A model generated the notes under the pieces. The model was given only the letters and a program-made list of their open reading frames with translations, searched no databases and had not been told where the DNA came from. The translations under genes and the position numbers were made by a program. Below are positions 48,500-56,157 of a stretch of 64,000 bases of DNA, in pieces. The stretch covers positions 788,835 to 852,834 of the forward strand of contig CBDCWK010000001.1 of assembly GCA_965223515.1 (NCBI GenBank), in the 5' to 3' direction. How positions within the stretch are numbered: position 1 is the first letter of the stretch; the number at the start of each line of letters is the position of its first letter. This DNA comes from Phototrophicaceae bacterium. GTDB lineage: Bacteria; Chloroflexota; Anaerolineae; Aggregatilineales; Phototrophicaceae.

Positions 48500-49597
48500 T
48501 TGCAGACGCTCAAGCTCGGACTGATCGGAACCGGCGATATTGCGCCAGCGTATATTCATGGCTGCATGCCTTTCGAAGTCATTGATATTGTGGCTTGTGC
48601 CGACCTCTTGTCGGATAAGGCAAAGGAATTCGCAGCGACTTATGGCTTGGAGGCGCACAGCGTCAAGGATCTGCTTGCTCGGCATGATATCGATATCGTC
48701 ATCAATGCTACGATTCCCGCCGCCCACGCCGATGTATCGCTGCAGATTATCGAAGCAGGCAAGCACGCATACAGCGAAAAGCCGCTGGCATTAGATCGCG
48801 CGGAAGCTGAGCGGGTGGTGAAAGCGGCGGCAGCGGCTGGGCTGCGCTTGGGTTGCGCGCCGGATGCCTTTCTCGGCGGCGGTAATCAGACCGCGCGCTA
48901 CGCAATCGACAAAGGCGACATCGGCAAACCGATTGCCGCGACCGCCTTCTTTATGAGCCGCGGACCAGAGAGCTGGCATCCCAACCCGGGCTTTCTTTAT
49001 CGCCGGGGCGGAGGACCTCTTTTCGATATGGGTCCCTACTTCCTGACCGCGCTGGTCAATTTGATGGGACCAGTGGCGCGGGTGACCGGCTCGGCGCGCG
49101 TTACCTTTCCCGAACGCATAGCGACCAGCGAAGCGCTCATGGGGCAGGTCTTGCCCGTTGAGGTCAACACCCATATTGCGGGTACGCTGGAATTTGAGAA
49201 CGGCGCCGTCGCCACGATGATCACCAGCTTTGACGTGTGGGGACATCACCTTCCGGCGATGGAGATCCACGGCGCCGACGGTTCGCTTTCTCTGCAGAAA
49301 CCGAATCAGTTTAATGGCGAAGTGAGCATCTTGAAAGCGGGGACGCGCCAGTGGCAGGAAATCCCCTTTTCCCATACGCCGAACATCGGGCGCGGCGCCG
49401 GCGTGGCGGACATGGCTTATGCGATTCAGTCGGGGCGTCCGCATCGCGCAAGTGGCGACCTCGCCTTCCATGTGCTGGATATCATGCAGGCACTGGAAGA
49501 ATCGGCGGCGGCCGGTCAACATATCGAAATCAAGAGCACGCTTGATCAGCCGCTGGCGCTGCCGGCTGGCTTGGCGGATGGCGTGCTGGATCGTTAG
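48500..49597 (+). CDS. Gfo/Idh/MocA family oxidoreductase (tandem copy 2)
   Basis: Collinear with copy 1. The last ~70 aa are nearly identical (GRGAGVADMAYAIQSGRPHRASGDLAFHVLDIMQALEESAAAGQHI). TTG start chosen by alignment to copy 1, with AGAGGAAG upstream; the ORF itself opens at 48443. Confidence 0.85.
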   Translation: MQTLKLGLIGTGDIAPAYIHGCMPFEVIDIVACADLLSDKAKEFAATYGLEAHSVKDLLARHDIDIVINATIPAAHADVSLQIIEAGKHAYSEKPLALDRAEAERVVKAAAAAGLRLGCAPDAFLGGGNQTARYAIDKGDIGKPIAATAFFMSRGPESWHPNPGFLYRRGGGPLFDMGPYFLTALVNLMGPVARVTGSARVTFPERIATSEALMGQVLPVEVNTHIAGTLEFENGAVATMITSFDVWGHHLPAMEIHGADGSLSLQKPNQFNGEVSILKAGTRQWQEIPFSHTPNIGRGAGVADMAYAIQSGRPHRASGDLAFHVLDIMQALEESAAAGQHIEIKSTLDQPLALPAGLADGVLDR

Positions 49598-49698
49598 AAA
49601 GTCCCCCGCCAAACGCCTCCCCTAAGGGTCTATGTCTTCGCGACTCCAAAATGAGGGAGGGATTTGCCTCCAAACGAGCGCTACAATCTGGGAAGGAT

Positions 49699-49740
49699 TC
49701 CCCTTCTCTCTTCATGGGGGAAGGGGCTAGGGGATGAGGG
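49699..49740. repeat. Intergenic repeat, family B
   Basis: tccccttctctcttcatgggggaaggggctaggggatgaggg. Confidence 0.65.
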
Positions 49741-49745
49741 TACAC

Positions 49746-50149
49746 ATGGCCGATTATGTCATCGTCGGTGGCGGAATCTATGGTTGCGCGGTCACCTGGG
49801 AACTGGCGAAACGCGGAGCCGGTGTGCTGCTGCTGGAAGCGCAGATGATCGCCGCGGCGCTTCTGGTGGCTTGGGCGAACGTGGTGTGCGTGCCAATGGA
49901 CGCGGCCTGCGCGAACTGCCGCTGATGCGGCTAGCATATGACATCTGGTCCAGCCTGCACGAGGAGATCGGCGGCTTCACCGGCTATCGGCGTCTCGGAC
50001 ACCTGGATTTGATCGAGCGCGAAGAAGACTTGGCGATGGCGCAGGCGCAGGGACGGCGGATCGAGCTTCAAAGCACGGTGGAGCAGCCATCCCCGCTACC
50101 GGCCGATTTACCCCAAAAGAATCTGCGTTTGCAAACCAGCAGGCAATAA
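49746..50149 (+). pseudogene. FAD-dependent (DAO/sarcosine-oxidase-like) oxidoreductase remnant, frameshifted and 3'-truncated
   Basis: MADYVIVGGGIYGCAVTWELAKRGAGVLLLEA (FAD GxGxxG). The expected GASGG continues in another frame from about 49856. It then ends after ~130 aa in a tail GRRIELQSTVEQPSPLPADLP that resembles the Gfo/Idh/MocA C-terminus GQHIEIKSTLDQPLALPAGLA. Confidence 0.6.
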
Positions 50150-50165
50150 GGCGCCTAGCGGGCGC

Positions 50166-50786
50166 TCACGGGTAGGAGATGATGTAGGTCGCCGTCTTCG
50201 GGCTGCCGCCACCCTCGTATTGTGCTGAGACCGTGATCCGAATCTTGCCACTGTTCGGCTGGCCGCCCTTGCGCTTCGATACCGCGGTGCTGTTGTAGGG
50301 CGACACCCAGTGGACTCTCGTATACCCCCTGCCGCCGTGGTAACTCCTGGTCCCTCTATGGGTCACATCGAGCCTCCCGCATACCGAGCGATGGCCGAAA
50401 CCGCTGCTCCTGTTCGCTCCGCTGCAAGCCGTCCAAGTATTGACCGCGCTCTCATACTCCGCGGTCCAGGTGCGGGCAAAATGCCCGCGGAACTTGCCGG
50501 TGCCGGCGAAACGATTCACGACCCCTCTTAATGTCACTCGCGTCTTCCAGCCTGCTTCATTCGAGCAGTCCGCTTGGTTGCTCCCGCTCGGTTTAGTGCA
50601 TGTGATGCTTATGCTCCAGTCCGCGCTTTGATCTGATACGGCGCTCGTGTGAGACCGCGGGTTGCGGGCGCCGCTGTCATCATCCGCGGCCACGATGATC
50701 CCTGTCAGCAGTAAAGCTGCCAGACAGGCTCCCACAAGGCCGATTTTGGCAAGAACATGATACGATGGAAATAGCAAGGTTTTCAT
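50166..50786 (-). CDS. Secreted hypothetical protein
   Basis: N-terminal hydrophobic signal/anchor IGLVGACLAALLLTGIIVAA. RBS AAGGAG upstream. No recognisable domain. Confidence 0.5.
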   Translation of the reverse strand: MKTLLFPSYHVLAKIGLVGACLAALLLTGIIVAADDDSGARNPRSHTSAVSDQSADWSISITCTKPSGSNQADCSNEAGWKTRVTLRGVVNRFAGTGKFRGHFARTWTAEYESAVNTWTACSGANRSSGFGHRSVCGRLDVTHRGTRSYHGGRGYTRVHWVSPYNSTAVSKRKGGQPNSGKIRITVSAQYEGGGSPKTATYIISYP

Positions 50787-50907
50787 AACTAACTCCTTAT
50801 TCCAATTAATCTAACTGAAAAGACACGGCTAGAGATGGGGATCATCAGAACGCCGTATTGCCTACGACCAAACAGGCGCATATTATGTTGGAATCTTGTT
50901 ACCTTGC

Positions 50908-50918
50908 GGGGGGGGGGG
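50908..50918. repeat. Homopolymer G11
   Basis: 11 consecutive G, 121 nt upstream of the start of the minus-strand gene 50166..50786. Confidence 0.9.
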
Positions 50919-50987
50919 AAGCATGATAAAATACATAAAATATATTATACTCGCATTCGCTATGCTGTCAAAAAGAGGTTGAAGCGG

Positions 50988-51128
50988 CTAAAACTTCGGC
51001 TGCTCAGCCGCCTTGACCGCATCACGCCCCCGCAGAAAATCAAAATCGCAACCCAGCGGCGCTTGATTGACGTGGCGCAGGTAGAGTTGTCCGTAGCCGC
51101 GTCCGAAGGCGGGCGGCGGAGCAGGGCG
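50988..51128 (-). pseudogene. Orphan C-terminal fragment (46 codons plus stop) of an IlvD/Edd dehydratase
   Basis: It translates to RPAPPPAFGRGYGQLYLRHVNQAPLGCDFDFLRGRDAVKAAEQPKF*. The intact gene ends WSAPPPAFGRGYGQLYLQHVNQAPLGVDFDFLRGSDPVTSVEQPKF*. Confidence 0.75.
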
Positions 51129-51133
51129 TATTC

Positions 51134-51352
51134 CTAGACACTGCTAGGCTGCATTCGCACGATGGCGACAAAGATAGCGGTCAAAATGCTCATGGCGATC
51201 ACGATGCGCCAAGTCAAGTCCGCTCGTAGCTTTTCGATATCCGCCTTGGTGGCGAGATATTGATAACCCGCCTCCAATCTGGCGATTCGTTCTGTATTGC
51301 GGTTTGCCGTTTCCAATGCCATTGATGCACCCACTTGTGTGTCAACAGCCAT
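51134..51352 (-). CDS. Small hypothetical protein with a coiled-coil and one C-terminal TM helix
   Basis: 72-aa ORF: TERIARLEAGYQYLATKADIEKLRADL followed by WRIVIAMSILTAIFVAIV. It lies between the intact dehydratase gene and its orphan 3' fragment. Confidence 0.4.
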   Translation of the reverse strand: MAVDTQVGASMALETANRNTERIARLEAGYQYLATKADIEKLRADLTWRIVIAMSILTAIFVAIVRMQPSSV

Positions 51353-51443
51353 CTCTGAGTTCCCGTCTGCGGCGAAATTGTTTCAATACAGTTTCTCCAA
51401 TTAAACGAAGTTTGTCAAGCTACGTCATTTCGATTTTAGTGCG

Positions 51444-53162
51444 TCAAAACTTCGGCTGCTCCACGGACGTCACCGGATCACTGCCGCGCAGGAAGTCGAA
51501 GTCAACACCAAGCGGAGCCTGATTGACATGCTGCAGGTAGAGCTGGCCGTAGCCGCGTCCGAAGGCGGGCGGCGGCGCTGACCAGTGCGCCCGCCTCTCC
51601 GCCAGCTCCGCCTCGTTGACGTGCAGGTGCAGGCGGCGCGCCTCGACATCAAGCTCGATTTCATCGCCGTCTCGCACCAGCGCCAGCGGTCCACCGAGCG
51701 CAGCTTCCGGCGCGACGTGCAGCACGATGGCGCCATAAGACGTGCCGCTCATGCGGGCGTCGGAGATGCGCAGCACATCGCGCACGCCTTGCTTGAGCAG
51801 CTTGTGCGGGATGGGCAGATTTCCGACTTCGGGCATGCCCGGTCCGCCGACGGGACCGCTATTCTGCAGCACCAGCACATGATCGGCCGTCACGTCCAGC
51901 GCAGGATCGTGGATACGCGCCTTGAGGTCGTTCACATCCTTGAAGACGAGCGCCGGTCCGCGGTGGTTGAGCAGCGCGGGGGTGGCGGCGGCGTGTTTGA
52001 TGACCGCGCCAGCGGGCGCCAGATTGCCGCGCAGGATGCTCAAGCCGCCTTCCGGCTGCAGCGGATCGTCAAGCGAGCGGATGACGTCCGAATTGGTGGC
52101 CTCGGCGGATTCGAGGTTTTGCGCCATGGTACGTCCGGTGACGGTCAGCGCATCGCCATGCAGCAGGGGCAGCAGTTGCTTCAGCACAGCGGGGATGCCG
52201 CCGGCGTAGAAGAGGTCTTCCATTTGGTACTGGCCGGTCGGGCGCATATTGGCGATCAGCGGCGTGCGGCGGCTGAGCTCATCGAAGCGGGCGAGCGGCA
52301 GGTCAATGCCGAGGCGTCCGGCGATAGCGGGCAGGTGGACGATGGCGTTGGTGCTGCCACCGAGCGCATGCAGCAGGGTGATGGCATTGTCGAAGGCGTC
52401 CGCCGTCAGTATCTGCGAGGTGCGGATGTCTTGCTCAACCAGTTGGACGATCTGCCTTCCAGCCGCTTGAGCCAGACGCAGGCGGCGCGAATCGGCAGCC
52501 GGGATAGCGCCATTGCCGGGCAGCGCGATGCCGAGCGCCTCCATCAGCGAGTTCATGGTTGAGGCGGTGCCCATAACCATGCAGTGGCCCGCGCTGCGCA
52601 CCAGGTTTTGCTCGACCGCCTGGTAGGTTTCGGCGCTGATCGTACCGGCTTGATACTCGACGGTGTAACGGCGGCAATCGGTGCAAGCGCCCAGGATCTC
52701 GCCCTGGTAATGCCCGTTGAGCATGGGACCGCCGCTGACCATGATGGTGGGGATGTCGGCGCTGGCGGCGCCCATCAGCGCGGCTGGCGTGGTCTTGTCG
52801 CAATTGGTCAGCAGGACAACGCCATCGAGCGGGTTGCCGCGGATCATTTCTTCGGTGTCCATGGCCGCCAGGTTGCGATAGAGCATTGAGGTCGGGCTGA
52901 GGTGAGTCTCGCCCAGAGAGATGGTGGGGAATTCCAGCGGGAAGCCGCCCGCTTGCAAGACACCGCGCTTGACCGCTTCGCTGATCTGGCGCAGGTGGCT
53001 GTTGCAGGGGTTGAGCTCGCTGTAAGTATTGCAGATGCCTATGAGCGGGCGGGACATGTCGGCGCTGTCGTAGCCCATGGCGGCGGTGAAGGCGCGGTGG
53101 GTCAGTCCGGCGACGCCGTCTTCGTTGAAGAAGGTTTGGCTGCGGGAGGGGGAATGGGTCAT
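51444..53162 (-). CDS. IlvD/Edd family dehydratase (dihydroxy-acid or sugar-acid dehydratase)
   Basis: IGICNTYSELNPC, CDKTTPA, MVSGGPM and the C-terminal GAVIKH motif of the IlvD/Edd family. Start at ORF Met 49. Confidence 0.9.
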   Translation of the reverse strand: MTHSPSRSQTFFNEDGVAGLTHRAFTAAMGYDSADMSRPLIGICNTYSELNPCNSHLRQISEAVKRGVLQAGGFPLEFPTISLGETHLSPTSMLYRNLAAMDTEEMIRGNPLDGVVLLTNCDKTTPAALMGAASADIPTIMVSGGPMLNGHYQGEILGACTDCRRYTVEYQAGTISAETYQAVEQNLVRSAGHCMVMGTASTMNSLMEALGIALPGNGAIPAADSRRLRLAQAAGRQIVQLVEQDIRTSQILTADAFDNAITLLHALGGSTNAIVHLPAIAGRLGIDLPLARFDELSRRTPLIANMRPTGQYQMEDLFYAGGIPAVLKQLLPLLHGDALTVTGRTMAQNLESAEATNSDVIRSLDDPLQPEGGLSILRGNLAPAGAVIKHAAATPALLNHRGPALVFKDVNDLKARIHDPALDVTADHVLVLQNSGPVGGPGMPEVGNLPIPHKLLKQGVRDVLRISDARMSGTSYGAIVLHVAPEAALGGPLALVRDGDEIELDVEARRLHLHVNEAELAERRAHWSAPPPAFGRGYGQLYLQHVNQAPLGVDFDFLRGSDPVTSVEQPKF

Positions 53163-53280
53163 GTGGATCGCCCTTTTTTTAATTCCAGTTTTACCACAGA
53201 GACACAGAGGGGTCAGGGGGCGGATTCGGAGATTTTGCCGGATGTTTTCCGTAAAGCAAAATATTTTTTGTCCGGAAAAG

Positions 53281-53320
53281 CCTCGCACCCCAAACCCCTT
53301 CCCCACAAGGAGGGAGGGGC
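53281..53320. repeat. Intergenic repeat, family B (reverse orientation)
   Basis: cctcgcaccccaaaccccttccccacaaggagggaggggc. Confidence 0.6.
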
Positions 53321-53380
53321 TTCGTCGGCTGTGGCGGGGTCGGGTTGAACTTGCCCCGTTTTGGTGGACAGTGATTTTGT

Positions 53381-54235
53381 CTAATCGTCAGCGAGTTCAT
53401 ACTGTGCCGGGCTAAGGAAGCCCAAGGCAGAATGCCGTCGCTGCCGGTTGTACCAAATCTCTATGAAATCGAACACAGCTTGCCGAGCCTCTTGAATTGT
53501 AGCAAAGCGTATAGCTGAACATTCCGTTTTCAGAGTCGCGAAGAAACTCTCCATCATGGCATTGTCATAGCAGTTTCCGGCAGCGCTCATGCTGGCTTGG
53601 ATACGATTGTCCTGCAGGAGTTGGCGGTATTGCTTGCTGGTATATTGGCTGCCGCGATCACTATGATGGACCAAGTCGCGGTTAATACGCCGCTGTCCCA
53701 AAGCCATTTTCAGGGCAGCCATCGCCAGTTGGCTGTCCGCCTTCCGCTTCATAGCCCAGCCCACAATCCTGCGCGAATATGTGTCTAATACCACCGCCAA
53801 GTGGAGCCATCCTTCACCGGTTCTGATCTGCACGATATCGGCCAGCCACTTCTGGTTGACGCGCTGAGCTGCGAAGTCCTGCTGCAGTAGGTTCGCTGCC
53901 GCTAAACCGGATGTATGCGATCGCCTACGCTCCCCGTAGCCTTGTTTGCGCCGCGCCCGTATGCCATCCAGCCGCATCAAACTCGCAACCCGCTTGCGGC
54001 TGACTCGCCAACCCGCTGCCCATAACTCCGCGTGGATCCGTGGACTGCCGTAGCGCTGGCGACTGCGCTCGAAGATGTCGCGAATCCGCCGCAAAAGCGC
54101 TTCGTTGTCCCGCTCCCGCTGGCTGACAGCCCGCTTCAACCAAGCATAGAAGCCACTGCTTGATACTTCCAACACCCGGCACATCCGCCGTACGCTGAAT
54201 TGTGCTTGGTGACTCTCAATAAATCGAAACTTCAT
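53381..54235 (-). CDS. IS3-family transposase OrfB (rve/DDE integrase core)
   Basis: WLADIVQI (D), HSDRGSQYTS (D), CYDNAMMESFFATLK (E) motifs. Confidence 0.95.
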   Translation of the reverse strand: MKFRFIESHQAQFSVRRMCRVLEVSSSGFYAWLKRAVSQRERDNEALLRRIRDIFERSRQRYGSPRIHAELWAAGWRVSRKRVASLMRLDGIRARRKQGYGERRRSHTSGLAAANLLQQDFAAQRVNQKWLADIVQIRTGEGWLHLAVVLDTYSRRIVGWAMKRKADSQLAMAALKMALGQRRINRDLVHHSDRGSQYTSKQYRQLLQDNRIQASMSAAGNCYDNAMMESFFATLKTECSAIRFATIQEARQAVFDFIEIWYNRQRRHSALGFLSPAQYELADD

Positions 54236-54528
54236 CGCGGTCGATCCTGCGAGAACACTTGGATAGCTTTTTTTAAAATATCTCGCTCCTCCCGTGCAAT
54301 CGACAACTCATGCTTTAAACGACGAATCTCGGCATCCGCCTCACGCTCCGCAGTCGGTTTCAATTCATCGCTATTTTCATCTACACGAAATCGTTGACGC
54401 CACTTGTAGATCAGTCCCGGCGTGATGCCCAGATCACGTTCGACCTGGCCCACTTTCATTCCAGGTTGTGCAGCCAACTTCAATGCTTCGCGTTTGAACT
54501 CGTCCGGATACTTCTTTATGTCCGCCAT
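54232..54528 (-). CDS. IS3-family transposase OrfA (HTH)
   Basis: YPDEFKREALKL...GITPGLIYKWRQ HTH and a leucine-zipper-like tail. It overlaps orfB in the -1 frame. Confidence 0.9.
   Translation of the reverse strand: MADIKKYPDEFKREALKLAAQPGMKVGQVERDLGITPGLIYKWRQRFRVDENSDELKPTAEREADAEIRRLKHELSIAREERDILKKAIQVFSQDRPR
54268..54274 (-). other. Programmed -1 ribosomal frameshift heptamer A AAA AAA (then G) joining orfA to orfB
   Basis: T7 on the plus strand at 54268-54274. In the orfA frame it reads TTA AAA AAA GCT. The -1 frame continues ...KKSYPSVLAGSTAMKFRFIESH into OrfB. Confidence 0.7.
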
Positions 54529-54722
54529 CTTCCCCTCCAGTCCCTATCATATTGGACAATCCTTGTGTCCACAAAATCGGGGGAAGATCAGGTCGAGGGA
54601 TTCGGTTGTTAAGGCGCGATGGGGTCAGGGTAGCAGGGATTGGGGTGCGAGGGGCGACTGAATGGTCGTGGATTCTGGGGATACACCACAGAGGCACAGA
54701 GAGTTTAACCTGTCGGTGATGC

Positions 54723-55379
54723 CTAGTCGTTCGTTGACGGAGCGGTTTCGGTTGGAGCCCCGCATAACATTTCGAAGCCTCGCTTAATCGAACTAGAGTA
54801 ACAAAACCACCAATAGAACGATACAAATGCAATGATTACGACAGTGGAACCTAGATTAAGGAATCCGAGGAGATTTTCTCGCGCCACAGTAATTGGCCTT
54901 ATTTGCCAAAACTTGTAAAAAGCAATAAGCAGCAATCCAAGAGGAATAAAGATCTTATACAGAAGGTCGTACAGATTTAGAATCGTAGGGTATTTCTCAG
55001 CGTAGGCTTTACCTTCAGTTTTGATCGGAACTCCGAATTTACATCGGATCTTTTCTTCGAGAAAGTTAGTATCATTGTAAGATCTCTCGATACCGACAGC
55101 AATTTGAAGATACCGCGTTATGAGTAACATAAAGATAAATAGTAAAATAGTTTCGAGTATAGGGAAGTCGTCTGCGATCGTCGTGCCAAGAAATCGCTCG
55201 GCCAATCCGGCAAATATGCTGAAAACCAACTTAGGATGCAACAGTTGCAATAGGATAAGGACGACAACGACTAGAATGAAGAGAAGATACCGATAGCGAC
55301 TACGAATTTGACTGCGACGGTTGGCAACAACGTCTTTGTAGTGAGCGTACAGTATCTCTCGTTTTTTCTCGTCTGACAT
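54723..55379 (-). CDS. Four-TM membrane protein of unknown family, partner of the TIR-like gene
   Basis: 218 aa with hydrophobic helices at about aa 31-47, 74-95, 143-158 and 172-193. It starts 5 nt after the TIR gene stop. AT-rich. Confidence 0.6.
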   Translation of the reverse strand: MSDEKKREILYAHYKDVVANRRSQIRSRYRYLLFILVVVVLILLQLLHPKLVFSIFAGLAERFLGTTIADDFPILETILLFIFMLLITRYLQIAVGIERSYNDTNFLEEKIRCKFGVPIKTEGKAYAEKYPTILNLYDLLYKIFIPLGLLLIAFYKFWQIRPITVARENLLGFLNLGSTVVIIAFVSFYWWFCYSSSIKRGFEMLCGAPTETAPSTND

Positions 55380-55384
55380 ATCAA

Positions 55385-55810
55385 CTAGGCGTCATTGAGA
55401 GCTTTGGTGATAGCCTCTTCTGTGAAACTCATTGCCCAGCTAGCCCCAGATTCGAGTAACTCCTCTGGGCTCTCATAACTGCGTTTAATCTTCACACCTA
55501 CCAACTTTTTACCATGTTCCTTGCTCTTGGCAACTTCAAAGTTGATCCAATTCCTGTAACCAATTTCCCGCCAGTCTGGATGACGCTTGTTTGCGTTCTT
55601 GCCGACGATGACCAAGGTGTGCGACGCGCTTTTGATTCGTTTCGTCAGGTTGCTCTTGATGACGGCAATACAGTCTGACTGGATCTCCGGAGGAGTACGG
55701 TCGACTATCTCGAAATCAAAGTCCAGGTTATTGCTCCACGCATTGAGCAAATACTTATAGTGCTTGTCATCTTCGTAGTCGAAACTGATGAAAACCTTCT
55801 TCTTTGCCAT
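55385..55810 (-). CDS. ThsB-like TIR-domain protein (DUF1863/PF08937-type)
   Basis: KKVFISFDYEDDKHYKYLLNAW... and TLVIVGKNANKRHPDWREIGYRNWINFEVAKSKEHGKKLVGVKI parallel Bacillus ThsB (KRVFFSFHYQD...NHW; CVLIGSQTFNRRWVRYEIMKSIEKGNKIIGIHI, from memory). Confidence 0.8.
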   Translation of the reverse strand: MAKKKVFISFDYEDDKHYKYLLNAWSNNLDFDFEIVDRTPPEIQSDCIAVIKSNLTKRIKSASHTLVIVGKNANKRHPDWREIGYRNWINFEVAKSKEHGKKLVGVKIKRSYESPEELLESGASWAMSFTEEAITKALNDA

Positions 55811-55940
55811 TGATGTTGTATCCTATGATGGTTAACGTCTTTGGATTCTGCAAAGTCGCGTAATCGACTTGTCTTTCATCATATCACAGAAGAGTAAAGA
55901 AGCGTACAAATGTTCTCATAATATTAACGCAATTCTTATA

Positions 55941-56099
55941 CTACCCACCCTCCACCACCCGCACCTCATCATCGCTCAAGCCGTACAGCGCATAGACCAG
56001 CGCGTCAATCTCACGATCGGTCGCCTCAATCTGCGCCTCGACCACCCCGCGCTGAACATCCGTCAAGCCGGGCAACTGACGATGCAAGTCGAGATCTGC
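55941..56099 (-). pseudogene. C-terminal stub (52 codons) of an Eco57I/type IIG or BREX PglX-type DNA methyltransferase
   Basis: The minus strand reads ADLDLHRQLPGLTDVQRGVVEAQIEATDREIDALVYALYGLSDDEVRVVEGG*. The ...ID.LVY.LYGL...E..VVE tail is characteristic of those enzymes. An in-frame stop lies immediately upstream at 56100-56102. Confidence 0.6.
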
Positions 56100-56116
56100 T
56101 CACGAGGCGACCGAAC

Positions 56117-56147
56117 TCCCTTCCCTGATGCTTCGGGGAAGGGGTAG
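56117..56147. repeat. Intergenic repeat, family B (short form)
   Basis: tcccttccctgatgcttcggggaaggggtagg. Confidence 0.55.
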
Positions 56148-56157
56148 GATTTGAGTC

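Larger units (their letters stand above)
53346..54590 (-). mobile_element. Complete IS3-family insertion sequence (1245 bp)
   Basis: Imperfect 25-bp terminal inverted repeats: TGAACTTGCCCCGTTTTGGTGGACA at 53346 versus TGATCTTCCCCCGATTTTGTGGACA (reverse complement ending at 54590), 21/25 matching, with TG..CA termini. Flanked by the 3-bp direct repeat GGT (53343-53345 and 54591-53593 read as 54591-54593). Carries orfA/orfB with a slippery A7 site. Confidence 0.9.

Noticed and set aside
50835-51137. 100-aa plus-strand ORF
   Set aside because: It reads through the G11 tract and the antisense of the dehydratase fragment, with an Arg/Leu/Lys-rich junk translation.
51585-52562. 325-aa plus-strand ORF inside the dehydratase gene
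   Set aside because: Antisense shadow of the IlvD/Edd gene.
55869-56147. 92-aa plus-strand ORF
   Set aside because: It has no motif. The opposite strand in the same register encodes a recognisable methyltransferase C-terminal tail, so the plus ORF is its mirror.
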